Sequence record: DRR723986_1346
Length of the DNA stretch: 57,183 nt
Strand: one strand, 5' to 3'
How positions within the stretch are numbered: the stretch's first letter is position 1; the number at the start of each line of letters is the position of its first letter. The position numbers and the translations under genes were made by a program. Below are positions 18,736 through 28,289 of this stretch, in pieces. The notes beneath the pieces are model-generated. The model was not told the origin of the DNA, searched no databases, and saw only the letters and a program-made list of their open reading frames with translations.

Positions 18736-19509
18736 TTATCTATCAATTTTTCTCGCTATTTCAAGCAAAAGAGCATGTGTTTCTTTGTCCAACTGCCCAT
18801 CAATTCTCGCAGGACGCCAATGCCGTTGAAACGCTGAAAGTGCCATGAACGTTTCATTCGAAAATACTTCATCTTGAGGCACAGAATACCCAATTGTAGC
18901 GAGCAAATTGTTCAAAGCAGCACACTCAGCGCTTACCATAGCTTTTTTCGCTATAATTGTCGCGTCCTTCGTGGCGCTATCTGCCCAAAGGCCAAAGCCA
19001 AGACGCGCCAATCGCTTCCAGGGAAACAATTCCCCCGGGTCTTGCTTTCGGTCTGGGGCCACATCACTATGGCCAATAAACCGGCTTGCGGGGATGTCGA
19101 ACCGGCTTTTTAAATAATCCAGCAAATTCTCCAGCCGCTCAATCTGACAGTCAGGAAATGCTCGGTACCCGTGGTCATGGCCGGGGTTCACCATCTCAAT
19201 GCCTATGGATGTGTCATTCATGTTGTGCCGTCCCTGCCAGCAGGAAACACCCGCATGCCACGCCCGCCTCGTAGGGTCCACCAGCTGGTAAATATCACCG
19301 TTTTCTTCAATAAGATAATGGGCCGAAACTTCCGCGCCTTTTGAACACAGGCGCTCCAGCGCTTGCCGGCCAGTTTGCATGCCGGTGTAGTGTAGAATTA
19401 CCGTGTCGATAACGGGGTTGCCACCTTTTTGGTCCACCGGTCGCTCGTTCCAATTTGGTGACGGTAACGCAATCATATCTGTTGGCTTCAAGGTATCAGC
19501 CACGGGCAT
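18736..19509 (-). CDS. N-acetylmuramoyl-L-alanine amidase (Amidase_2, AmiD-like) with peptidoglycan-binding domain
   Basis: SPNWNER, ILHYTGM, VSAHYLI, RAWHAGVS, SIGIE, GHSDVAPDRKQDPG, AFQRHWRP. Start uncertain. Confidence 0.93.
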   Translation of the reverse strand: MPVADTLKPTDMIALPSPNWNERPVDQKGGNPVIDTVILHYTGMQTGRQALERLCSKGAEVSAHYLIEENGDIYQLVDPTRRAWHAGVSCWQGRHNMNDTSIGIEMVNPGHDHGYRAFPDCQIERLENLLDYLKSRFDIPASRFIGHSDVAPDRKQDPGELFPWKRLARLGFGLWADSATKDATIIAKKAMVSAECAALNNLLATIGYSVPQDEVFSNETFMALSAFQRHWRPARIDGQLDKETHALLLEIARKIDR

Positions 19510-20395
19510 TGCCGGTAACAATACGGTCAGCTTGCTCTCTTGCGCGCTGATTATTGCGCAGCGTTACTATCAGAACACCAAAAATTGTCATGCCGCCCCC
19601 TACAACCATTTCCCAGCCGACCACTTCACCCAAAATAAGCACGCCGCCCATCACCGAGAAAAACGGCATAACCAGAAAATAAGGCGTAACCATGGAAATT
19701 TCATATTTTCTGAATAAATAATTGGCACCGCCGTGTCCAATAACGGTTGAGATCAATCCCGCATATACTACGGATAACCACGCACGCATGCTTGCTGTCT
19801 CAAGCGAGGCCAATTGCCCCTGCTCCGCAAGCGAGGACAGCACCATAGACCCCAATAAACCCGCAAGCGCAATCCAGGCTTGTACTGTTGTTGCAGGCAC
19901 ATCGCGCAATTGGCGCATCATCACCGCGGAAACCGCGTAAAAGAAGGCTGCACACACAATAAGAGCAACTGCATCCCAGTAAGCGAAAATAACCGGGTCA
20001 AAGCCCAAAAATAACACACCTGCAAAACTGATTGAAATACCAAACACCCGTTTCCAGCCAACTGTTTCCTTCAAAATGACAATGGCGAGAATGGTTGAAA
20101 AAGGCACATTCAACTGCGACGCGATGGAAATGGAACCAACACCCCCCGCCAATTTCATTGCCGAAAACAGCAACCCAAAATGCACCACGCCCATCAATGT
20201 AGCAACCTTGATAAGCGGCTTCATTTTGCCCGGTACAAGGCGCAGAAACGGCAACAAAACAACCAGCACAAGCAAAAACCGAAGGCCATTGGCAAAAAAC
20301 GGCGGAAAGTCTTGAACCGCCCATTTTGCCGCGATGAAGTTAAATCCCCATACGGCGGCAACCAAAAAGGCCAGAATGACATGTCTGGGCTGCAT
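19496..20395 (-). CDS. EamA/DMT family transporter
   Basis: About 10 TM helices, VWGFNF, FPPFFANGLRF, ILGEVVGW. Confidence 0.92.
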   Translation of the reverse strand: MQPRHVILAFLVAAVWGFNFIAAKWAVQDFPPFFANGLRFLLVLVVLLPFLRLVPGKMKPLIKVATLMGVVHFGLLFSAMKLAGGVGSISIASQLNVPFSTILAIVILKETVGWKRVFGISISFAGVLFLGFDPVIFAYWDAVALIVCAAFFYAVSAVMMRQLRDVPATTVQAWIALAGLLGSMVLSSLAEQGQLASLETASMRAWLSVVYAGLISTVIGHGGANYLFRKYEISMVTPYFLVMPFFSVMGGVLILGEVVGWEMVVGGGMTIFGVLIVTLRNNQRAREQADRIVTGNARG

Positions 20396-21129
20396 TAGCT
20401 GTTCTTGCCGCCGCGATGTTCCAATATTGTATCGTAAGCCGCATTAATTTCGGCAGCGCGGCGTGTAGCAACTGCAATCAAATCGCTCGGCACACCTTCG
20501 GCAATCAACCGGTCTGGGTGATTTTCCCGCACTAGAGACCGGTATTTTTTCTTCAGGCTGGCATCATCAATGGTGGGGTCTACCCCCAAAATGGCATAAG
20601 GGGATTGTTGGTCTAACCCCACATGCCGTGCCACCAGCGCTTCAATTTCATCAGGGGAATAGCCGAATATTTTCGCCACAACGCGGATGTAGTTTAGCTC
20701 ATTGGGGTGCACCACCCCGTCAGCCTTGGCAATGAAAAACAGGGCATCAAGCACGTCAGCCAACACGGTGCGATTCCCGCGCATAAGGTCAGCCATTTGC
20801 TTTGCATAGGCATCAAACCCTGCCGTATGTCGGCGCGCCATATCGAACACACGGCCCACATTTGCCATCTCCTCCGGCGGTACACGGAAAACTTGCTTGA
20901 AGGCGTCAACTTCGTCTTGTGTTACTTGGCCGTCAGCTTTCGCCATTTTCGCAGACAGCGCGATTAGCCCAATTGTGAAGGTAACATGGCGGGTTTCGTC
21001 TGTTTCAGGCGCGACAGCCTGTATCCCGGCATCAACTGCGGCCCCGACAGAAACGCCGATAATCGCGCCAATAGGCCCACCCAACGCTAGGCCCGCAGTA
21101 CCCCCAATAATTTTTCCCCAAATCGACAT
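20395..21129 (-). CDS. djlA: DjlA-type co-chaperone (TerB plus J domain)
   Basis: N-terminal GG-rich TM helix, AKMAKADG, J domain with HPD (RENHPDRL), INAAYD. Confidence 0.88.
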   Translation of the reverse strand: MSIWGKIIGGTAGLALGGPIGAIIGVSVGAAVDAGIQAVAPETDETRHVTFTIGLIALSAKMAKADGQVTQDEVDAFKQVFRVPPEEMANVGRVFDMARRHTAGFDAYAKQMADLMRGNRTVLADVLDALFFIAKADGVVHPNELNYIRVVAKIFGYSPDEIEALVARHVGLDQQSPYAILGVDPTIDDASLKKKYRSLVRENHPDRLIAEGVPSDLIAVATRRAAEINAAYDTILEHRGGKNS

Positions 21130-21301
21130 AGAAAACAGGTATCACAGCCAACGTGGCCATCCCACTGGAAATTGAGCAATAAATACTTATTTAGCGAATG
21201 TATTTTGTTCACTTGGCGAACACAAATAAAAGCTTTATACCTGCGCGCCATTGTCTCATAATTGAAACAATTTGAATTGATGTGCTTAAAAGGAAAATAT
21301 A

Positions 21302-22432
21302 ATGGTTGATGTCGTTATTTCCGGAACCGGGCTGTATGTGCCCGAAAACGTTATCACCAATGAAGAATTGGTTGTCGCCTATAACGAGCATGCAGACCAG
21401 TTTAACGCAGAGCATAAAGCAGACATTGAGGCTGGCCTTATGCCTGCCAAACAGCACTCTAGTGCTGAGTTCATTGAGAAAGCTTCAGGCATTAAAGAGC
21501 GCAGGCTGGTCGATGTTAAAGGTGTGATGGACCTTGATCGCATGATGTCCAGAATGCCTGAAGGCGGGCACGGAGACTTCGAAAATCCCTGCTTTCAGGC
21601 TCAAATGGGCTTGGACGCTTCAAAAATGGCTCTCCAACAAGCCGGGCTAGAACCTGAAGACATTGACCAGATCATTTGCTCCTCGGCCGTTATGCAGCGC
21701 TCATTCCCAGCTATTGGCATCGAGGTGCAACATTTTCTAGGCACAAAAGGCTCGGCTCTCGACATGGTTATGGGCTGTTCAAGTGCAACATACGGCCTTA
21801 TCGCCGGCGTCAATGCTATCAAAAGTGGTGCTGCAGAACGCGTTTTGATGGTGAACCCTGAAATTTTTAGCACTATGGTTAATTTTAAAGACCGGGACAG
21901 CCACTTTATTTTCGGCGATATCGCCACGGCCGTTGTGCTGGAGCGCGCTGATCTGGCAACAAGTAAAGACCAATGGCTGGTTACCGGCACCAAACAAAGC
22001 ACACAGTTTTCTGACAATATCCGTTCAAACTATGGCCCGATGACCCGTATTGATGATGGCACGCAATTCCGGGCTGATATGTTTTTCGTTCAGGAAGGCC
22101 GCAAGGTTTTCAAAGAATTGCTACCGCTGGTGACAGCTTTCATCAGAGAGCAGCTTGATAGCGAAGGCTTGGACGTTTCTGACCTATCGCGCATGTGGCT
22201 TCACCAAGCCAACATTAACATGAATATGTATGCCGCCAAAAAACTGTTGGGCCGTGAACCTGTAGCAGGTGAAGCGCCCACCGTACTTGAGAAATACGGC
22301 AATACTGCTGGCGCGGGCTCGATTGTTTCATTTCACCATCACCGGGCAGACTTGTCCTCGGGCGACAAAGGGATCATCTGTTCGTTCGGTGCTGGCTATT
22401 CAATTGGCAGTCTAATGGTGGAAAAGCGCTAA
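21302..22432 (+). CDS. Beta-ketoacyl-ACP synthase III family protein (long, PA3286-like type)
   Basis: Catalytic C-H-N triad (MGCSS, WLHQAN, YGNT), FIEKASGIKER, DRDSHFIFGD, SFGAGYSIG. Confidence 0.92.
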   Translation: MVDVVISGTGLYVPENVITNEELVVAYNEHADQFNAEHKADIEAGLMPAKQHSSAEFIEKASGIKERRLVDVKGVMDLDRMMSRMPEGGHGDFENPCFQAQMGLDASKMALQQAGLEPEDIDQIICSSAVMQRSFPAIGIEVQHFLGTKGSALDMVMGCSSATYGLIAGVNAIKSGAAERVLMVNPEIFSTMVNFKDRDSHFIFGDIATAVVLERADLATSKDQWLVTGTKQSTQFSDNIRSNYGPMTRIDDGTQFRADMFFVQEGRKVFKELLPLVTAFIREQLDSEGLDVSDLSRMWLHQANINMNMYAAKKLLGREPVAGEAPTVLEKYGNTAGAGSIVSFHHHRADLSSGDKGIICSFGAGYSIGSLMVEKR

Positions 22433-22531
22433 ACCACAGGGTAGCGAACGAATACAAACCGTTTTAGCGCCGGAAGTCACAGACCAACTTGCATTTATTT
22501 AAGCCTACTTAAATAAAGCGCTTGCATCAAA

Positions 22532-22567
22532 ACTACACCTGTAGTATTTAATTTCTACACATGTAGT
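22532..22567. promoter_or_regulatory. Tandem BlaI/MecI/CopY operators overlapping the promoter
   Basis: acTACAccTGTAgt (22532-22545) and cTACAcaTGTAg (22555-22566), both TACA-NN-TGTA. Candidate -35 TTGCAT at 22522 and -10 TATTTA at 22545. Confidence 0.85.
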
Positions 22568-22581
22568 AACAGGATGCAAAA

Positions 22582-22965
22582 ATGACCGACAGCGTTAAGT
22601 TAAGCGACCAACAATACCAGTTAATGCAAGCTCTTTGGTACTTAAAAGACGGCTCTGCAAAAGCTGTTCACAAACAGCTGGCGCATTTGGGCTTGGCGCA
22701 CACAACGGTAGCAACAATTTTAACCCGCCTAGAGAAGCGCGGTGTTCTCTCGTCGCGCACTGAAGGTCGAGAACGCATTTACACACCGCTCATCAGCGAA
22801 AATGACGCCCGCCGGTCTATGGTGTCATCGCTCGTGGGCACACTGTTTAAGGGCGACGACAAACAATTGCTCGCGCATCTGGTGAAAGAAACCGACCTTC
22901 AAAGCGATGACTTAGAAGACATTCAAAAAATGCTCGCCGACGCAAACGTGGGAGATACAAAATGA
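22582..22965 (+). CDS. BlaI/MecI/CopY family transcriptional repressor
   Basis: LSDQQYQLMQALW...LAHTTVATILTRLEKRG...GRERIYTPL...LF-G...LLAHLV. Confidence 0.93.
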   Translation: MTDSVKLSDQQYQLMQALWYLKDGSAKAVHKQLAHLGLAHTTVATILTRLEKRGVLSSRTEGRERIYTPLISENDARRSMVSSLVGTLFKGDDKQLLAHLVKETDLQSDDLEDIQKMLADANVGDTK

Positions 22966-25631
22966 CCGATGCACTCATTCTGGACCTGCCAATCCTGTCC
23001 CTGTTTTTGAAATTTATGATTGCCAGCACCGCCTTGTTAGGCGGCGTTTGGCTACTAGAAAAAATTGGTGTGATCAACTCACCTGACATGTCAGAAATGG
23101 CTTGGAAACTGGCTATTGCCGCAAGCTTTCTGGCCCTTACACCCGTTTCACTTTTTTCAACGAGTGTAATCATTCCGGTAAGCACATCCGCGGCCACTCA
23201 GTATATAGAAAACTCAAGCAACAATGCTGTGGCACCTGTTAGACAGGAAACACAGACCCGGCTCTCGCCAGAGCCTATTGCAGCGCCGCGACCTGAACCG
23301 ATCAACGGTGCAAGCGGTGAACGCACCATAACCGGGCTTGAGCGCAAAACTGAGCAAAGCACCCTGCCCGCTTACCAAGTTCAAGATACCAATTCTGTAC
23401 CCCGCACGCCTGAACTAACCGATGTTCTGGGCGCTTTAGGCGGAGAATCAGCCGCAAACAGCAGAACGGTCTCGCAGCCCGGCGCCATGCTTATTGGCGG
23501 CTGGGGTGCCTTGGCACTGATCGCGCTTGTTGCGCTCCTGGTGTCCTATGTTAGGGCAGTTAAAAGCTTGGGAACACGCGCCCGGGTGCCTGCCGAACAC
23601 CATGCAAACCAAACTTTGCGCGCACTGTGCGAGCAAGTGGATATCCGCCACGTGCCTTTCCTGACACGTTCAAGCGAGATTAACAGCCCGGTATGCCTGC
23701 CACGCCGGGAAATATGCCTGCCCGATTGGGCCTTTGATGACATGGACCGCAAAGCACTGGACAGTCTGATTGCGCACGAGCTTGCGCATATGCTGCGACG
23801 CGATCCTGTGATGATGATTATTACCCAAACCCTCAGCAGGGTTTTCTTCTTCCAGCCTTTGTTTGCGGTTGCTCGCAGGCGGCTTGAAGACAACGCAGAA
23901 CTGGCGGCTGACCAATGGGCAGCCACCCACCTATCGACTGCAAAAGCAGTCGCAAGCGCACTGTATACATGCGCAAAAAAAATAACCGAGAAACGACAGA
24001 TACAATGGGGATTAGCCATGGCCGGAGATAAATCGATACTAAAGCAACGGGTGGAAAGGCTTCTGAAAGCAGATGCCTCTTCCTTCACTGCAGGTGGCCG
24101 CCTGCAAAGAACAGGTATAGCAATTGCCGCACTCCTGGCAGTTGTGAGCCTGCCCGGCGTGGAGTTTGCCACAGCAATGAACTTAGAGCATCCTCATGAC
24201 ATTGAACTTGATATAGCCGAAATTGAGGCGGAGATTGAACGCGCCATAAAAGACACTGACATGGACGTTGATGCGATCGTCCGAGAGGCACTAAAGGCCT
24301 CTCGGATAGGTATGGAACATGCAAAAGAGATTGCTGCACAAGCCCATATTATCGCGGCTGAAGCGCGTGCCAATGCCCTTGCGCACAAATCAGAAATTGC
24401 GGCTGAAGCATATGCTAGCGCTATGGAAGCCAAAGCCAAAATTCATGAAAAGATGAAGCATAAACATTCCGGTAATAGCTACACCCTGTCACGCGATAAT
24501 GACGGCTGGACATCCGGCAACATGCAATTCACTGCTAAAGGGACCACATACAAAGTAGCCTATGACGGGGAGTTTGACCTGGCTGATGACGAGCGCTCGA
24601 TCAAGCAAGTTGAGGAAGACGGTAGCCTCAACATTCGCACTGAAAAAGGCGATGAACGCCGCCGTTACCGCCTGAAAAACGATGGTGATGGTCTTGAGGC
24701 AACATATTGGGTCAACAACAGCAAACAGCCTTTTGACAAAGACGGTGAAAAATGGCTGGCAGACACACTGCAAATTTTACTGAAAAACTCTGCGATTGAT
24801 ATGGACGGCCGGGTCGAACGTGCCCTTAAAAAGGGCGGTGTTAAGAATGCTCTTAAAAAAATGGATGATCTGGACTCGGACTATGCAACCCGCATGTTTG
24901 TAACGCACCTTGTTGACCAGGCAAAACTGAAAACAAGCGAGGTCAAACGCTTGATGAAACAAGTTGCGTCAGTGGAGAGTGACTATGAAATTCGTCTTAT
25001 CGCCGCCACTTTGCTTGATCAGGGCTTAATCACCAAAGACACTCTTAGCGCCGCACTAGACCTCAGCGAGAAAGTCGATAGCGACTATGAACTGCGGCTT
25101 ATGCTGACACCGCTGATAGACGAATTTGCGCTGGATGACAAAAACATGACCAAGGTTCTGAACCGCGCCAAATCAATCGATAGTGATTACGAGCTTCGGC
25201 TACTGCTAGCCGTAGCGCTTGACGAAAACAAGCTTTCAAAAGCCAACCAGAAACGGCTTATCGACGCTATGTCTTCCATTGAAAGCGATTATGAGCTGCG
25301 CTTGCTGATTTCGCAGTTCGCAGATGACGCCGACCTAGACCAACCAATGACCGCCGACTTGCTAAAGGCGCTGGGCTCAATCGAAGGCGACTATGAAAAA
25401 CGCCTGGGCCTTGCCGTGGTGGTTGATGAAGGCGCCATGAACAATGCCAATTGGCTTTCTGCCATTAAGCTCGCAAGTTCCATTGGCGGTGACCGCGAGA
25501 AGCGCCTGGCCTTAAGCCAAATCAAAGGCGACATGCCGAATGATGATGCTGTGGAAAAAGCGTTTAATGATGCGGCCCAATCAATCTCTGGCCGCCGTGA
25601 ACGGGAGCTGCTCATTGGGCGCTCGGACTAA
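22962..25631 (+). CDS. BlaR1-like M56 metallopeptidase signal transducer with C-terminal helical repeats
   Basis: N-terminal TMs, IAHELAHMLRRD, FFFQP, ELAADQWA, LKQRVERL. ATGA overlap with blaI. No penicillin-binding domain is recognisable. Confidence 0.92.
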   Translation: MTDALILDLPILSLFLKFMIASTALLGGVWLLEKIGVINSPDMSEMAWKLAIAASFLALTPVSLFSTSVIIPVSTSAATQYIENSSNNAVAPVRQETQTRLSPEPIAAPRPEPINGASGERTITGLERKTEQSTLPAYQVQDTNSVPRTPELTDVLGALGGESAANSRTVSQPGAMLIGGWGALALIALVALLVSYVRAVKSLGTRARVPAEHHANQTLRALCEQVDIRHVPFLTRSSEINSPVCLPRREICLPDWAFDDMDRKALDSLIAHELAHMLRRDPVMMIITQTLSRVFFFQPLFAVARRRLEDNAELAADQWAATHLSTAKAVASALYTCAKKITEKRQIQWGLAMAGDKSILKQRVERLLKADASSFTAGGRLQRTGIAIAALLAVVSLPGVEFATAMNLEHPHDIELDIAEIEAEIERAIKDTDMDVDAIVREALKASRIGMEHAKEIAAQAHIIAAEARANALAHKSEIAAEAYASAMEAKAKIHEKMKHKHSGNSYTLSRDNDGWTSGNMQFTAKGTTYKVAYDGEFDLADDERSIKQVEEDGSLNIRTEKGDERRRYRLKNDGDGLEATYWVNNSKQPFDKDGEKWLADTLQILLKNSAIDMDGRVERALKKGGVKNALKKMDDLDSDYATRMFVTHLVDQAKLKTSEVKRLMKQVASVESDYEIRLIAATLLDQGLITKDTLSAALDLSEKVDSDYELRLMLTPLIDEFALDDKNMTKVLNRAKSIDSDYELRLLLAVALDENKLSKANQKRLIDAMSSIESDYELRLLISQFADDADLDQPMTADLLKALGSIEGDYEKRLGLAVVVDEGAMNNANWLSAIKLASSIGGDREKRLALSQIKGDMPNDDAVEKAFNDAAQSISGRRERELLIGRSD
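24868..25628 (+). repeat. About 7.5 tandem 34-aa (102-nt) repeats, consensus I(D/E)SDYELRL
   Basis: LDSDYATR, VESDYEIR, VDSDYELR, IDSDYELR, IESDYELR, IEGDYEKR, IGGDREKR, ISGRRERE at 34-aa spacing. Confidence 0.9.
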
Positions 25632-25703
25632 GCCCAAATAGCAATCAATAACCCACTACCGCCCTCCTGAAGCGGTACAAAGTTCTAACCACACCTTGAA
25701 CCC

Positions 25704-25747
25704 CCTCCCCTGCGCCATAGTTTACATGGCAACGGGGAGGTTTTTTT
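25704..25747 (+). terminator. Stem-loop plus T7 overlapping the SD of the dipeptidase gene
   Basis: cctcccc..gccat / atggc..ggggagg followed by ttttttt and then ATG 25748. Confidence 0.5.
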
Positions 25748-26932
25748 ATGGCTTTAAGTACAGGTAAAAAAGTTGGGCTGGGAACACTTGCTGTCCTGAT
25801 TATTCTCTATGGTGCGTTTCGTATTATCGTGCCGCCCATGTTGGAAAAATCAATAAACCTGCGGCTGGATTACAGTGACCAGAAACCGTACGCGGCCACG
25901 CTTGCCTTGCAAGACAGCATGACCATTATGGACTGGCACTCTGACAGTCTGCTCTGGGACCGGAATATTCTTGATAAATCAGACTATGGCCACGCCGACA
26001 TTCCCCGCCTGCAAGCTGCAGGTTTTGACCTGATCATGCTAACCGCTGTGACCAAATCCCCCAGCGGCTTAAATATAGAAGAAAACACCGCCGATAGCGA
26101 TGACATTACCGCACTTGTCATCGCGCAGGGTTGGCCAATACGCACATGGGACAGCCTGCTGGAGCGCGCGCTTTATCAGGCCGAAAAGCTTGATAACGCC
26201 GTCAATGCCTCAAACGGGGAATTGCACTGGGTGCGCAACCAGCAGGAGCTGGCCGCCCTGCGCGCAGCGCGCGGCGAAGACCACACCTCACGCGCTATTG
26301 GTGCCCTTATGGGTGCAGAAGGCGCGCATCCGCTTGAGGGGGACATTGCAAACATAGACCGCCTCTACGAGGCCGGCTACCGCATGATGGGCATCACGCA
26401 CTTTTTCGATAATGAACTGGCAGGCTCGCTTCACGGTGTCAATAATGCCGGGCTAACACCGTTCGGCTTTGAGGCGGTGGAGCGTTTTGACGCACTGGAA
26501 ATGATCATAGATCTGGCCCATGTATCCGAACCCGCCGCACGGCAAATAACCGCGCAGAGCGCGCGTCCACAGGTGGTTTCGCACACCGGCTTCAAAGGCC
26601 ACTGCAACACCAGCCGCAATTTCACCGATGACCTCATGAAAGCCATCGCCGATAAAGGCGGGCTGATTGCAGTAGGTTTCTGGAAGGAAGCCATTTGCAC
26701 CCCAACACCAGAAGGCATCGCAGACGCCATCATTTACGGTATCAACTTAGTGGGCGAAGACCATGTGGCTATCGGCTCTGATTGGGACGGTAGTACCACC
26801 TCAATCACTGCCAATGATTTCCCCCTTATCACCCAGGCACTAATCACCAAAGGTGTGCCTGAGGCAACCATTCGCAAAATAATGGGCGAAAACAGCTTGG
26901 CCTTCCTGCAAAAATGGCTGCCCGCAGAATAA
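25748..26932 (+). CDS. Membrane dipeptidase (peptidase M19)
   Basis: N-terminal anchor, DWHSD, EGAH, THFFDN, IDLAH, SHTG, GSDWDG, KIMGEN. Confidence 0.93.
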   Translation: MALSTGKKVGLGTLAVLIILYGAFRIIVPPMLEKSINLRLDYSDQKPYAATLALQDSMTIMDWHSDSLLWDRNILDKSDYGHADIPRLQAAGFDLIMLTAVTKSPSGLNIEENTADSDDITALVIAQGWPIRTWDSLLERALYQAEKLDNAVNASNGELHWVRNQQELAALRAARGEDHTSRAIGALMGAEGAHPLEGDIANIDRLYEAGYRMMGITHFFDNELAGSLHGVNNAGLTPFGFEAVERFDALEMIIDLAHVSEPAARQITAQSARPQVVSHTGFKGHCNTSRNFTDDLMKAIADKGGLIAVGFWKEAICTPTPEGIADAIIYGINLVGEDHVAIGSDWDGSTTSITANDFPLITQALITKGVPEATIRKIMGENSLAFLQKWLPAE

Positions 26933-27012
26933 CCAACGCAAAATAACGCTTTTGGACAAAAAGCTATGCTGCGCTATATCCTGTGCAGGGTTTTAATTAG
27001 GGGAGAAAACCA

Positions 27013-27417
27013 ATGCTAACTACCGTGACCATGACACCAGAATTAACGCTTCTGCTCTGGAGCACTATTCTAACATTCGTGCTCATCATGATACCCGCAG
27101 GTATGGGCATTAAGGAAAACGGCGGACCAGCGCAGGCAGGCCCACGTGACCACCTGCCCGAGCCTAGCGTGCTGCGCAAACGCGCCACACGCCTGTCGGA
27201 AAATATGCTGGAAAATATGGTGCTGTTTGCGGCGCTTGTTTTAATCGCAAATGCGGCAGGTATCTCGAACGACATGACTGTTCTGGGCGCGCAGATATTC
27301 TTTTACGCCCGCATTGCCCACGCTGTTATCTATCTGGCCGGTTGGCCTGTTGTGCGGCCTTTGGCATGGCTTGCCTCTGTTATCGGCATGGGCATAATTG
27401 CGGCGCAATTGCTGTAG
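27013..27417 (+). CDS. MAPEG family membrane protein
   Basis: GPRD, RATRLSENMLENMVLF, FFYARIAHAVIYLAG. Confidence 0.88.
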   Translation: MLTTVTMTPELTLLLWSTILTFVLIMIPAGMGIKENGGPAQAGPRDHLPEPSVLRKRATRLSENMLENMVLFAALVLIANAAGISNDMTVLGAQIFFYARIAHAVIYLAGWPVVRPLAWLASVIGMGIIAAQLL

Positions 27418-27435
27418 ATATAGCCATAGATATTG

Positions 27436-27464
27436 ACGGCGAGCGCCTTTTTGGTGCTCGCCGT
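27436..27464. terminator. GC-rich hairpin between convergent genes
   Basis: acggcgagcgcc-ttttt-ggtgctcgccgt, no U tail. Confidence 0.5.
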
Positions 27465-27482
27465 ATACTGCATTCTACCTTG

Positions 27483-28289
27483 CTATTTTGCATACAAAAA
27501 ATGTAGCCCGGCATTAAACGCTTTAGGCACCACAGCCATATGGCTGCCTTCATTCAAAATTTCATACTTGAACCGGCTCTCACCCAGCCTTGCCGCCAGC
27601 GCAGCCACATGCGGCTTCACAGCTTCAGCCATCGCCGTTTCTGAGGCATCCACCGACATATACATCTTCGGCAGGTCCGCACTATTGGCAGCCATCATAT
27701 CCAAAAAGCTAGCGGCCCATACAGGCTCCTCCTCCAGCGATGGGCTGGTCGCGTGCACGCGGTTAAACAACTGCGGTTCTTTCACAGCGGCATAAACAGC
27801 AAACAGCCCTGCAGACGAATGGCCGTACAAGGCCCTGTCTGCCGCATCTATGGGGTAATTTTCTTGCAAAAACGGGATAATTTCACTCTTCACCGACTGC
27901 AAAAATTGTTCGGCGCCGCTAGCGGCCCCCTCTTTGGCGGGGTGAAAGTCGCGCATGCGTTTCTGAAACCATTTTTGCGGTGAGCCATACACCACACTGG
28001 CCACAATCACGGGCGGTACTTTGCCCTCAAACGACAAAAGCCGGGGAATATCACTTTCCATGCCAAACATGCCGTCGCCGTCCAGCGCAAACAACAGCGG
28101 ATAGGCCCTCTCGCCGCGCCCATAGCCAAAGGGGACAGATACAACAATGCTGAAATCATCATTCAAAATATCAGAATGAAACGCATGCTGAAAACTACCC
28201 GGTATTTCAAAGCCATCTTCAGCCTTTCCGGCAGAAAGTGGCAGCAAACTACACAGCAGAAAACACAGGCTTACTTTTAACAAATTCAT
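27483..28289 (-). CDS. Secreted alpha/beta hydrolase (IroE-like esterase)
   Basis: Signal peptide, YPLLFALDG, RMRDF, GHSSAG nucleophile elbow, SPSL. Confidence 0.88.
   Translation of the reverse strand: MNLLKVSLCFLLCSLLPLSAGKAEDGFEIPGSFQHAFHSDILNDDFSIVVSVPFGYGRGERAYPLLFALDGDGMFGMESDIPRLLSFEGKVPPVIVASVVYGSPQKWFQKRMRDFHPAKEGAASGAEQFLQSVKSEIIPFLQENYPIDAADRALYGHSSAGLFAVYAAVKEPQLFNRVHATSPSLEEEPVWAASFLDMMAANSADLPKMYMSVDASETAMAEAVKPHVAALAARLGESRFKYEILNEGSHMAVVPKAFNAGLHFLYAK

Noticed and set aside
24868-25628. Periodic DNA repeat resembling a CRISPR array
   Set aside because: 102-nt period, degenerate at third codon positions and in frame within a CDS, with no cas genes.
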